The notes under the pieces were generated by a model. It saw nothing but the letters and a program-made list of their open reading frames with translations, was not told the DNA's origin and did not search any database. Both the position numbers and the translations under genes were made by a program. A stretch of DNA of 52,686 nt from Vicinamibacteria bacterium (lineage in GTDB: Bacteria > Acidobacteriota > Vicinamibacteria > Vicinamibacterales > CAVVIG01), in assembly GCA_041484265.1 (NCBI GenBank), contig JBGPHH010000002.1, positions 1-52,686 of the forward strand. Reading direction: 5' to 3'. Below, in pieces: positions 25,603 through 33,362 of the stretch (its first letter is position 1; each line of letters starts with the position of its first letter).

Positions 25603-26139
25603 TTACCGGACGGGCACCGTCGTGGCCGACGCCACGATCGGATTCGCGATCGCCGCCGTCGAATCCTGGAAGATCGCGCTGCGCGTATCGGTCGCGAAAA
25701 ATCGAGAGCCAGTGCTTCCGAAGCTGACCGGATCGGCTTTCCCAAAATAGGCACTGGCCGGATCGTTGGCCGAGGCGTTACACGTTGACGCCGCCGTGCC
25801 GAGGTCGTTGGTCGATGGCGACTGGTCTTTCGCGATCGCCAGGGCGTAGCCGCTCTTCACGACGCCATTGATGTTGAGGTCGGGGCCGATGAACGGGAGC
25901 CCGCTCCCGGGCGGCTTCGCCAGGTCGTCCAGCGAGATGGCAAATCCACCTTGCGCGCAGGAGGCCGAGTAGGCCACCTCGCTGCTGTTGATGGCGCGCA
26001 GCGTCGCTATGGCCGCCGCCTCGTTGCCAGCCATCCGCGCGCGCTGGACGCCGGCGATGGACATCGCCGCCAACGTGGCCACGAGCGCCACTACCACGAG
26101 CAACTCGACCAACGTAAAGCCGTTGTCAGATCGCACCAC
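25603..26139 (-). CDS. prepilin-type N-terminal cleavage/methylation domain protein (type IV pilin or pseudopilin-like)
   Basis: N-terminus MVRSDNGFTLVELLVVVALVATLAAMSI matches the G/FTLxE class III signal. The variable C-terminus contains 2 Cys. Confidence 0.85.
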   Translation of the reverse strand: MVRSDNGFTLVELLVVVALVATLAAMSIAGVQRARMAGNEAAAIATLRAINSSEVAYSASCAQGGFAISLDDLAKPPGSGLPFIGPDLNINGVVKSGYALAIAKDQSPSTNDLGTAASTCNASANDPASAYFGKADPVSFGSTGSRFFATDTRSAIFQDSTAAIANPIVASATTVPVR

Positions 26140-26291
26140 CGGACCTTATCAGAAAGGCGGGGCCCGCCGGTGGGAATCGATGGCCGGGCGACCCACCTCA
26201 CGACTGCACGCCGTTGCGCATTAGCCGCGGGCAATCGACCCAGGCGGGCAAAGTGTCGCGCATGCGTGCCGATAGATTGGGCGGAGCAGAG

Positions 26292-26549
26292 ATGCCGACC
26301 AAACGAATCTCCCACATGCATCGTTTTCGCAGCCGTCCCGCAGCATTTGAAGAGACCCGCTCCGGGTTCGACGCCTGGCAACGACAGCCGACGGGCGCCG
26401 GCGTGCTGCTGCTGACCGGCACCTCTGGGGCGCCCGGAGACACGGCCACCCGGGCAAGGTCCCTCGTCATCCCTCTGTTCAGCGACACCGATCTTGACGG
26501 CCTGATCGAGGTTCTCTCTGAGCCGACGGAGGAGTCCGACCGCCCATGA
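26292..26549 (+). CDS. hypothetical small protein (85 aa), possibly translationally coupled to the downstream lipoprotein
   Basis: ATG 26292 is preceded by GGAGCAGAG. The stop overlaps the next start (ATGA at 26546-26549). No family was recognised, so this could be non-coding. Confidence 0.3.
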   Translation: MPTKRISHMHRFRSRPAAFEETRSGFDAWQRQPTGAGVLLLTGTSGAPGDTATRARSLVIPLFSDTDLDGLIEVLSEPTEESDRP

Positions 26550-27235
26550 GAACGCTCACGCTGTCCGGCTGTGCGCTCGCGTTGATGCTCGTCCTGACCG
26601 GGTGCGCTCCCGTCTATTACGTACCCAACGTCCAAAACGTGCCGATGCTTCAGGGTAAGGGCGATGGCACATTCGCTGTACATGCGGCCAACCTCGGGGG
26701 CGACATTCAGGGTGCCTACGCGGTCGCCGAGCACGTCGGTGTCATGGTGAACGCCGCCGTCTGGCACCCGAAGGACGACAAAGACGGTGACGGCGCAAGC
26801 GGCGGGCTGTTTGAAGTCGGCGTCGGCTATCACCGCAACCTCACCGGAAACCTGGCGTGGGAGAACTATCTTTTGATTGGCGGCGGAAGTCTGGAGAATC
26901 ATTTTCCGTCAACCGTTGCGCAGTACCCCACCACGACGGGCAAGCTCGACGCAAAATTCACGAGGTACGGCGTTCAACCCTCGCTGAGCCTCCACTCACG
27001 CGTGTTCGACTCGGCCGTGTCGCTCCGACTCATGGGGCTGCACTACTCCGACGTCTCAGGCAATCTGACGTACTTGAATCAGGACCAAGTGGCCTATCTC
27101 AACGGTCTGAGCAGCCAATTTCTGGTTGAGCCGGCGTTTACGTTCAAGGCCGGCTGGGATCCGATCAAGCTGCAACTGCAGTTGGGTTTCAGTAAGAACG
27201 TAACCACGCAGGATTTCCGCATGCGGAACGGCTAG
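26546..27235 (+). CDS. hypothetical lipoprotein, probably a beta-rich outer-membrane-associated protein
   Basis: Signal peptide with lipobox (LMLVLTGCA). Alternating hydrophobic beta-strand-like pattern with an aromatic-rich C-terminus. GC content looks slightly lower than in neighbouring genes. Confidence 0.65.
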   Translation: MRTLTLSGCALALMLVLTGCAPVYYVPNVQNVPMLQGKGDGTFAVHAANLGGDIQGAYAVAEHVGVMVNAAVWHPKDDKDGDGASGGLFEVGVGYHRNLTGNLAWENYLLIGGGSLENHFPSTVAQYPTTTGKLDAKFTRYGVQPSLSLHSRVFDSAVSLRLMGLHYSDVSGNLTYLNQDQVAYLNGLSSQFLVEPAFTFKAGWDPIKLQLQLGFSKNVTTQDFRMRNG

Positions 27236-27293
27236 GTGTCGCTGGGGTTGGTCTACGACCTGAGACGCGATCACTCTCCAGGCGGAGTGAAGA

Positions 27294-27761
27294 CTAAGTA
27301 GCCGGACACACCTGGTTGACGAAGGCTTCGATATCGGCGGCCGGGCGCGCGCCGGTCGTTCGCGACACTTCCTTGCCGCCCGCGAACACCGACATCGTGG
27401 GAATCGATCGGATGCCGAAGCGGTCCCCGAGCTCGGGCAGCGCGTCGGTGTTGATCTTCACGACGATCAGCCGGCCCGCCTGACGCGCCGCGACCTTGGC
27501 GATCTCAGGCGCGACCATCCGGCAGGGCCCGCACCACGGCGCCCAGAAATCGACGACAACCGGCAGCGACGCGTTGGCGACGAGCCGATCGAAATCAGCC
27601 GCGCTCGCGACTTCCAGGGGCGCAGTGAGCGAGGGCAGGTCCTGCTTGCAGCGGCCGCAGCGCTGCACCACGTCCAGATGGCCGTACGCGAGCCTGTTCT
27701 TCTGCCCACACGCCGCACAGGGTGCGAGGATTCCGCGATCGTCGGTTTCGAGTGCTGACAT
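27294..27761 (-). CDS. trxC: thioredoxin 2-type protein (N-terminal zinc-finger CxxC...CxxC plus thioredoxin WCGPC)
   Basis: CAACGQ...CGRCKQ zinc-finger motif followed by VVVDFWAPWCGPCRMVAP. I prefer ATG 27761 (GAGGAA 3 nt upstream) over ATG 27773. Confidence 0.85.
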   Translation of the reverse strand: MSALETDDRGILAPCAACGQKNRLAYGHLDVVQRCGRCKQDLPSLTAPLEVASAADFDRLVANASLPVVVDFWAPWCGPCRMVAPEIAKVAARQAGRLIVVKINTDALPELGDRFGIRSIPTMSVFAGGKEVSRTTGARPAADIEAFVNQVCPAT

Positions 27762-27798
27762 ATTCCTCGTCATTGTACGCCGCTATGCCAGTCGTAGT

Positions 27799-27816
27799 GT
27801 CCGGCTTCAGCCGGAC
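27799..27816. promoter_or_regulatory. GTCCGGC-TTCA-GCCGGAC hairpin, related to the 15346 hairpin
   Basis: Perfect 7-bp stem with a 4-nt loop, in the trxC/ferredoxin divergent spacer. Confidence 0.35.
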
Positions 27817-27817
27817 C

Positions 27818-27844
27818 TGACCTTGAGCCCTGAGCCTTGAGCCC
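27818..27844. repeat. heptamer tandem array (TGAGCCY)
   Basis: tgacct tgagccc tgagcct tgagccc, read directly from the sequence. Confidence 0.8.
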
Positions 27845-27846
27845 TA

Positions 27847-27852
27847 TATAAT
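27847..27852 (+). promoter_or_regulatory. TATAAT box 8 nt upstream of the ferredoxin ATG (possible leaderless transcript)
   Basis: Sequence cctaTATAATtcacaaccATG. It shares TATAATTC with the 50360 and 52060 boxes. Confidence 0.35.
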
Positions 27853-27860
27853 TCACAACC

Positions 27861-28205
27861 ATGTGGACCAAGATGATGGGCGGGGCGCGGAAGAAGGCCC
27901 CGAAAACGATTGCGGTCATTGATCCCGATCGCTGCTTTGGCGCGTTTGCGTGCTCGATCTGTCAGGCTGCCTGCCCGGTCGCCAACTGCATCGTCGAGGA
28001 GCCGGATCGCGACGGCCGGATGGTCTGCGCGGTGCGCGCGGATTTGTGCATCGGCTGCGGTTTGTGCGTGACGCTTGGCAACCCGACCGCGCCTCAGCAG
28101 CGCGAGTTCGGCTGCCCGCCCGACTACGACGCGATCAACATGATGCCGTTCGAAGAAGTGGTCAAGATCCTGAAGGAAAGTGAAAAGGTAGAAGTTAGAA
28201 CTTAA
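27861..28205 (+). CDS. 2x[4Fe-4S] ferredoxin-like protein
   Basis: Cys motifs CFGAFACSICQAACP and CAVRADLCIGCGLC. Confidence 0.7.
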   Translation: MWTKMMGGARKKAPKTIAVIDPDRCFGAFACSICQAACPVANCIVEEPDRDGRMVCAVRADLCIGCGLCVTLGNPTAPQQREFGCPPDYDAINMMPFEEVVKILKESEKVEVRT

Positions 28206-28238
28206 AAGGAGACCCCTTCTTCTCACTACTTTTACCTT

Positions 28239-29156
28239 CTAAGTTTTAAGTTTTAACTTTAGCTTCCGCGTCCCGGCCTCGGCTTGCGCGAAGCGGGAGG
28301 GCAGCGGCCGGTCCAGCCGCGAGCCGATGAACGCCGACGCCTCGCTCAGGGTCGGCAGCGACACGCCGGTTTCAATTCCCAGCCCATTCAGCATGTAGAT
28401 CAGATCGTCGGTGGCGAGATTGCCAGCGGCGCCAGGCGCGTACGGGCAGCCGCCGAGTCCGCCGGCCGAGGCGTCGAAGGTCGTCACGCCGAAATGCAAT
28501 GCCGTGAGGACGTTGGCGAGAGCCGTGCCTCGCGTGTCGTGAAAATGAAGCGCAATGTGCTCGATCGGGGCGTATTCGAGGACGGCCTCGAGCACCTGTG
28601 GGACCTGGCCGGGGTGCGCGACGCCAATCGTGTCGCTGATCGCCACCTCGAAGACCCCAAGCTCGAAGAGACGCGCCGCTACCTCGGCCACCTGCGTGGG
28701 CGAGACCTCGCCTTCGTATGGGCAGCCAAACGCCGTGGACAGATAGCCGCGCACGCGCATACCGGCCTCTCGCGCGCGGTCGCACACCTCTTTATATGTG
28801 GCCAACGACTCGTCGATGCTCTGATTGATGTTCTTCCTGCTGAACGTTTCGGTTGATGCGGCAAAGATCGCGATGTCGGTGACGCCCGATCTGGCCGCCC
28901 GGTCGAGGCCTGCGAGATTTGGCACGAGCGCAGCGTAGCGAGTGCCCGGCCGACGCGTGATGCCGGCGAACACCTCGGCCGCGTCCGCCATCTGCGGCAC
29001 CCATTTCGGACTGACGAAGGCCGAAACTTCGATGACCGGCAGGTTGGCGGCGCTCAGGCGGTTGACGAACTCGATCTTGTCGGCGGTCGACACGAGCGCC
29101 TGTTCATTCTGCAGCCCGTCCCGCGGTCCGACCTCGACGATGGTTACGTGTGCCAT
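28239..29156 (-). CDS. liuE: hydroxymethylglutaryl-CoA lyase
   Basis: From ATG 29156: MAHVTIVEVGPRDGLQNE..., HFHDTRGTALAN, GGLGGCPYAPGAAGN. The longer track ORF (to 29723) would overlap liuC and is rejected. Confidence 0.9.
   Translation of the reverse strand: MAHVTIVEVGPRDGLQNEQALVSTADKIEFVNRLSAANLPVIEVSAFVSPKWVPQMADAAEVFAGITRRPGTRYAALVPNLAGLDRAARSGVTDIAIFAASTETFSRKNINQSIDESLATYKEVCDRAREAGMRVRGYLSTAFGCPYEGEVSPTQVAEVAARLFELGVFEVAISDTIGVAHPGQVPQVLEAVLEYAPIEHIALHFHDTRGTALANVLTALHFGVTTFDASAGGLGGCPYAPGAAGNLATDDLIYMLNGLGIETGVSLPTLSEASAFIGSRLDRPLPSRFAQAEAGTRKLKLKLKT
28240..28260. repeat. heptamer tandem array (TAAGTTT, TAAGTTT, TAACTTT) in an A/T-rich patch
   Basis: Read directly from the sequence. 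It overlaps the last codons of the HMG-CoA lyase gene. Confidence 0.8.
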
Positions 29157-29953
29157 GAGGGCTTCCGCTTTTCCAGGAACGCCTTGAGTCCCTCCTGGCC
29201 CTCGGGTGACACGCGTCGCGCGGAGATCGTGCGCGCGGTCACTTCCGTCACGTCCTCGACCGGGCGGCCCGCGACATCGCGAATGAGCGCCTTGACGGCA
29301 GCAATGGCTTGCGGCCCCGCAGCCAGGATTTCGCTCACGTAGCGCGCGACCGTCGCGTCGAGGGCAGACGCCGAGGCGACTGCGTGGACAAGGCCAATCT
29401 CTCGGGCACGCGCGGCCGAAAAACGCGCGCCGGTCACGAACAGTTCGCGCGCCGCCGATCGGCCGATCTTGGCCAGCACGAACGGCGAGATGACGGCCGG
29501 CACAATGCCGAGCTTCACCTCGGTAAAGCCGAACTGCGTCTGATCGTCGGCGATCGCGACGTCGCAGACGGCGACCAGACCGGCGCCGCCTCCAAGCGCT
29601 GCGCCATGGATCCGGCCAACAAGGGCGACAGGCAGAGCGTCGAGCGCGCCGAACATCTTCGACGCCGCGGTCGCATCGCGCAGATTCTCTGCCTCCGTGT
29701 AGCGCACCGTCTTGGCCATCCACGCCGCGTCGGCGCCGGCCGAGAATGCTTTGCCCGCGCCGGCCAGGACCACGACGCGTACGGCATTGTTCCCTGCGCG
29801 CGCGGCGTCTTCGCCAGCCCGTGCCGCCCAGTCGGTGAGTTCGGCGACGACCTCCTCATTGAAGGCGTTGCGGACGTTGGGACGATTGAGGGTGAGGTAT
29901 TCGACCGGGCCGTCTCGCTTTGTCGCCAGAAACTGATACATGCTCTTCATCAC
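29144..29953 (-). CDS. liuC: enoyl-CoA hydratase/crotonase family protein (probable methylglutaconyl-CoA hydratase)
   Basis: Crotonase motifs (VVVLAGAGKAFSAGAD, GAALGGGAGLVAVCD). Located between liuB and liuE. The start is ambiguous (GTG 29953, ATG 29950 or ATG 29941). Confidence 0.8.
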   Translation of the reverse strand: MMKSMYQFLATKRDGPVEYLTLNRPNVRNAFNEEVVAELTDWAARAGEDAARAGNNAVRVVVLAGAGKAFSAGADAAWMAKTVRYTEAENLRDATAASKMFGALDALPVALVGRIHGAALGGGAGLVAVCDVAIADDQTQFGFTEVKLGIVPAVISPFVLAKIGRSAARELFVTGARFSAARAREIGLVHAVASASALDATVARYVSEILAAGPQAIAAVKALIRDVAGRPVEDVTEVTARTISARRVSPEGQEGLKAFLEKRKPSWHT

Positions 29954-30005
29954 GAAGACACGAAGACACGAAAACCTAAGAGTTGAACTTCGTGCCTTCG
30001 TGATG
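29948..30005 (-). promoter_or_regulatory. 18-nt imperfect inverted repeat (one mismatch) spanning the liuB-liuC spacer and the first liuC start codons; includes a CACGAAGA x3 octamer array (29951-29974)
   Basis: Arms are 29948-29965 (catcacgaagacacgaag) and 29988-30005 (cttcgtgccttcgtgatg), separated by a 22-nt loop. Confidence 0.4.
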
Positions 30006-30013
30006 GCATTTCA

Positions 30014-31621
30014 TTACATGCGAAAAATGCCGAATTTCGGTTCCTGGATGGGTGCGTTTCGCGCGGCCGAGAGCCCGAGCGCGAGCGCCTGGCGCGTCTT
30101 TGCCGGATCGAGAATCCCGTCGTCCCACAATCGGGCCGTCGAGTAGTACGGCGACCCTTCGTGCTCGTACTTGTCGAGGATGGGCTGGCGAATCGCGTCC
30201 TCTTCCTTGGGTGTCAACGACTTGCCTTCGCGGATGAGCTGTTCGCGCTTGACCGTGGCGAGCACGCCGGCCGCCTGCGGGCCGCCCATCACGGAGATGC
30301 GCGCGTTCGGCCACATCCAGAGCAGACGCGGGTCATACGCCCGCCCGCACATGCCGTAGTTACCCGCGCCGAACGAGCCGCCGATGACCACCGTAAACCT
30401 TGGCACGACGGAGTTGGCCACCGCATGCACCATCTTGGCGCCGTCTTTGGCGATGCCGCCCCGCTCGTACTGACGGCCGACCATGAAGCCGGTGATGTTC
30501 TGCAGGAAGAGGAGCGGGATGCCGCGCAGGTTGCACAGCTCGATGAAGTGCGTCGCCTTGAGCGCAGACTCAGAAAACAGGACGCCATTGCTCGCGACGA
30601 TGCCGACGAGGTACCCCTCGAGGCGCGCAAAGCCGGTGACGAGCGTCGTACCGTAGCGTGCCTTGAACGCGTCGAAACGCGATCCGTCAACCAGGCGCGC
30701 GATGATCTCGTGGACATCGTACGGCTTTCGGATGTCAGCGTTGACGATGCCGTAGATTTCGGCCGGGTCGTACTTGGGGTCCTCCGGCGTAATTCTGTCG
30801 GCAGGCGCAGGCTTGACGGTATTGAGCGTCGATACCACCGTGCGACAGAGCGCCAGCGCGTGCTCGTCGCTGTCCGCGAGATAGTCGGCCACGCCAGAGA
30901 AACGGGTGTGGACGTCGGCGCCGCCGAGATCTTCGGCCGTCACTTCTTCGCCGGTCGCGGCCTTGACGAGCGGGGGGCCGGCGAGAAAGATGGTGCCGGT
31001 GCCCTTGACGATGATCGTCTCGTCGGACATCGCGGGCACGTAGGCGCCGCCGGCAGTGCAGGAGCCCATCACGACCGCGATCTGCGGGATCCGCTCGGCT
31101 GACATCCGCGCTTGATTGAAGAAGATGCGGCCGAAGTGCTCGCGATCCGGGAACACGTCGGCCTGGAGCGGGAGAAACGCGCCGCCCGAATCCACGAGGT
31201 AGATGCACGGCAGGCGATTCTCGAGCGCGACCTGCTGGGCGCGCAGGTGCTTCTTTACCGTCATCGGGTAGTAAGTGCCGCCCTTGACGGTCGCGTCGTT
31301 GGCGACGATGACGACGTCCTGATCGGCGACGCGGGCGATGCCGGTGACGAGACCAGCCGCCGGCGGGCCATCATCGTACATGCCGAAGGCGGCGAGCGGC
31401 GACAGCTCGAGAAAGGATGATCCGGCATCGCGCAGTCGATCGATCCGATCGCGGACCGGCAGCTTGCCTTGCTCGCGGTGGCGTTGAAGGTATTTGGGGC
31501 CTCCGCCTTCGCGCGCGCGGCTGACGTGCCCGTTGAGCTCGGTGACGAGCTGCTGCATGCGGTCGCGATTGGCGATGAACGTCGCGTCGGTGGTGCTGAT
31601 GCCGGACTCAAGAACTTCCAT
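30014..31621 (-). CDS. liuB: methylcrotonyl-CoA carboxylase beta (carboxyltransferase) subunit
   Basis: 535-aa acyl-CoA carboxyltransferase. Typical N-terminus ([40 protein letters not shown]) and two crotonase-like halves. Confidence 0.85.
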   Translation of the reverse strand: MEVLESGISTTDATFIANRDRMQQLVTELNGHVSRAREGGGPKYLQRHREQGKLPVRDRIDRLRDAGSSFLELSPLAAFGMYDDGPPAAGLVTGIARVADQDVVIVANDATVKGGTYYPMTVKKHLRAQQVALENRLPCIYLVDSGGAFLPLQADVFPDREHFGRIFFNQARMSAERIPQIAVVMGSCTAGGAYVPAMSDETIIVKGTGTIFLAGPPLVKAATGEEVTAEDLGGADVHTRFSGVADYLADSDEHALALCRTVVSTLNTVKPAPADRITPEDPKYDPAEIYGIVNADIRKPYDVHEIIARLVDGSRFDAFKARYGTTLVTGFARLEGYLVGIVASNGVLFSESALKATHFIELCNLRGIPLLFLQNITGFMVGRQYERGGIAKDGAKMVHAVANSVVPRFTVVIGGSFGAGNYGMCGRAYDPRLLWMWPNARISVMGGPQAAGVLATVKREQLIREGKSLTPKEEDAIRQPILDKYEHEGSPYYSTARLWDDGILDPAKTRQALALGLSAARNAPIQEPKFGIFRM

Positions 31622-31629
31622 GGTTTATC

Positions 31630-31664
31630 GACTGGGGACTGGTGACTGGGGACTGAGGACTACC
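31630..31664. repeat. heptamer tandem array (GACTGGG-type, 5 units)
   Basis: gactggg gactggt gactggg gactgag gactacc. Lies between the liuB start and the end of the zinc-ribbon ORF. Confidence 0.8.
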
Positions 31665-31854
31665 ATCCGCAGCAGTCGGTTTTGAAACCGCAGGCCGAGC
31701 AGCGCCACACGGCGTGCATGCGGTACATTTCGGCGCCGCAGCGCTCGCACGACATCTTGTCGTCGCTCGTCGACGGCGACCCGGGACCGGGAGCAATAGT
31801 CTTGAGCGGCGTGATGGGGCGAATGCCAGGACCAGGCGGGTTCGGATCCGACAT
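31660..31854 (-). CDS. small Cys-rich zinc-ribbon protein (64 aa, or 31 aa from the internal Met)
   Basis: The C-terminal half is MSCERCGAEMYRMHAVWRCSACGFKTDCCGW (CxxC-x12-CxxC plus a CC pair). The N-terminal half is Pro/Gly-rich. Confidence 0.45.
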   Translation of the reverse strand: MSDPNPPGPGIRPITPLKTIAPGPGSPSTSDDKMSCERCGAEMYRMHAVWRCSACGFKTDCCGW

Positions 31855-31871
31855 GCGTGCGATTATCGCAT

Positions 31872-32777
31872 ATGGCCAATCTTGAGCGACCAGGCCCGGT
31901 CGGCGGCGGGGCGACGGACATCGCGCGACGGACCGGCCTGTCCGCGTGGCGCGGCCTGGTCGGGTTCTATGAGAGCGACAATCTGACGCACGCGGCCGCG
32001 ATCGCGTACTACGCGCTGCTGTCGCTCTTTCCGTTCTTCCTGCTGGTGTTCTCGTTCTTCGGCTGGGCGGCGGCCGATGTGGATAACCGCAACGCCGTCC
32101 TCTCGTTCGCGCTCCAGTATTTCCCCGCCCAATTCGCGTTCATCACCACGCAACTCGACAGCCTCCGCAGCAGCCGGCTGACGATGAGCGCGGCCGGGAC
32201 GCTCGCGCTCGTCTGGGGCGCGCTCGGCGTGTTCGGCGCCATCAGCACGGCCGTCGATCATGCGTGGGGCGTCCGCGTGCAGCGCAGCTTCTGGGGGCAC
32301 AAGCTGTTTTCGTTCTTCATGCTGCTCGTGGCCGGCCTTCTTGTGCTGGCGGCGCTGCTGCTCGTTAGCGCGTCGCACGTGGTGGGCACGACCTGGTTCG
32401 CGGACGTCCTCATGCGGTTTCCGGGTCTGGCCGTTCTTCGCAGCTTCACGCTTCGGAACCTGACGACGGCCCTCTTCGTCGTGGGCGTCGGCTTCATCTA
32501 TTACTTCGTGCCGAACACCAAGGTGCGCTTCCGGGACGTGTGGATGGGCGCCTTGGTCACGGGGCTGCTGTGGAAAGGCGCGTTCGAGCTCTTTTCCTGG
32601 TACATCAGCGACATGACGCGCCTCAGGCAGGTCAACGGGTCGATTGCCGCGGTCGTCGTCTTTCTCGTGTGGGTGTACGTGCAGGCCGCGATTCTGCTCT
32701 ACGGCGTCGAGTTCACGGCCGCCTACGCGCGGCTCCGGCGTGGGGCTACACCTGCACGCGGCAGAGCGCCCGGATAA
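31872..32777 (+). CDS. YihY/BrkB-family membrane protein
   Basis: AAAIAYYALLSLFPFFLLV motif, six predicted TM segments, and IAAVVVFLVWVYVQAAILLYG near the C-terminus. Alternative start: GTG 31857. Confidence 0.75.
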   Translation: MANLERPGPVGGGATDIARRTGLSAWRGLVGFYESDNLTHAAAIAYYALLSLFPFFLLVFSFFGWAAADVDNRNAVLSFALQYFPAQFAFITTQLDSLRSSRLTMSAAGTLALVWGALGVFGAISTAVDHAWGVRVQRSFWGHKLFSFFMLLVAGLLVLAALLLVSASHVVGTTWFADVLMRFPGLAVLRSFTLRNLTTALFVVGVGFIYYFVPNTKVRFRDVWMGALVTGLLWKGAFELFSWYISDMTRLRQVNGSIAAVVVFLVWVYVQAAILLYGVEFTAAYARLRRGATPARGRAPG

Positions 32778-33282
32778 TCGCCTCGCAAAAGACCGGCACA
32801 TCGTCCGGCTTGCGGGAGGTGATGAGGTTGCCGTCCTCGACGACGGGCTTGTCGACGTAGAGGCCTCCGGCGTTCTTGACGTCGATGGCGATCGAGGGCC
32901 AGCACGTGAGTGTCCGTCCGCGAAGCGCGTTGGCCGAGATGAGGAGCTGCGGGCCGTGGCAGATCGACGCGACGGTCTTACTGGCCTCCATCGCGTCGCG
33001 CGCGAAATCGACCATCGCATGGCGCATCCGCATCTTGTCGGGCGCGTAGCCGCCCGGGATGACGAGCGCGTCGAAATCCTTCATGCGCGCGGCGCTCGCA
33101 GCGAGCCCGGCTGTGACGATGGCCTGGCCGTGCTTGCCGCGGTACTCGCGACCCTCCACCGGGCCTACGAGCACGACCGTCGCACCAGCGGCCGCAAGGA
33201 CCTCGAGCGGGCCCGTCAGCTCTCGATCCTCGAACTCATCCTCGACGAGGATCGCCACACGTTTACCGGACAGGTCGATCAT
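32746..33282 (-). CDS. DJ-1/PfpI-family protein (class I glutamine amidotransferase-like)
   Basis: KRVAILVEDEFED, ALVIPGGYAP, and the nucleophile elbow ASICHGPQLL. Its 3' end overlaps the convergent yihY-like gene by 32 nt. Confidence 0.85.
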   Translation of the reverse strand: MIDLSGKRVAILVEDEFEDRELTGPLEVLAAAGATVVLVGPVEGREYRGKHGQAIVTAGLAASAARMKDFDALVIPGGYAPDKMRMRHAMVDFARDAMEASKTVASICHGPQLLISANALRGRTLTCWPSIAIDVKNAGGLYVDKPVVEDGNLITSRKPDDVPVFCEAIIRALCRVQV

Positions 33283-33300
33283 GGAGGCGATTCTATATGC

Positions 33301-33333
33301 ATTTCAGATTGTAGATTTCAGATTTCAGATTGG
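33301..33333. repeat. heptamer tandem array (ATTTCAG-type; core CAGATT)
   Basis: atttcag attgtag atttcag atttcag attgg, immediately downstream of the four-helix-bundle gene. Confidence 0.8.
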
Positions 33334-33362
33334 AAGACAGCACCGCTGCTCAGAAGACCCCA

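Noticed and set aside
26258-26270. GGCACG...TGC/GC on the minus strand upstream of the pilin-like gene, considered as a sigma54 promoter
   Set aside because: The spacing between the GG and GC elements is 9 rather than 10, and the TTGC lies 13 nt away. It does not fit the canonical -24/-12 geometry.
26198-26902. 234-aa minus-strand ORF spanning the pilin/lipoprotein spacer
   Set aside because: It overlaps the well-supported lipoprotein gene in antisense. It has no start context or family resemblance.
28195-28262. The A/T-rich patch between the convergent ferredoxin and lyase genes, considered as a bidirectional intrinsic terminator
   Set aside because: I could not find a convincing stem. The two halves are complementary in composition (purine-rich then pyrimidine-rich) but are not reverse complements of each other.
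29157-29723. N-terminal extension of the HMG-CoA lyase ORF (28239-29723)
   Set aside because: The extension is Arg/Gly-rich, has no homology-like features, and lies entirely within the liuC coding region in another frame. The canonical lyase N-terminus (MAHVTIVEVGPRDGLQNE) begins at 29156.
31863-33020. 385-aa minus-strand ORF
   Set aside because: It is antisense to the YihY-like membrane protein gene. The translation is highly charged Arg/Glu/His low-complexity sequence, and the ORF overlaps the well-supported DJ-1/PfpI gene in another frame.
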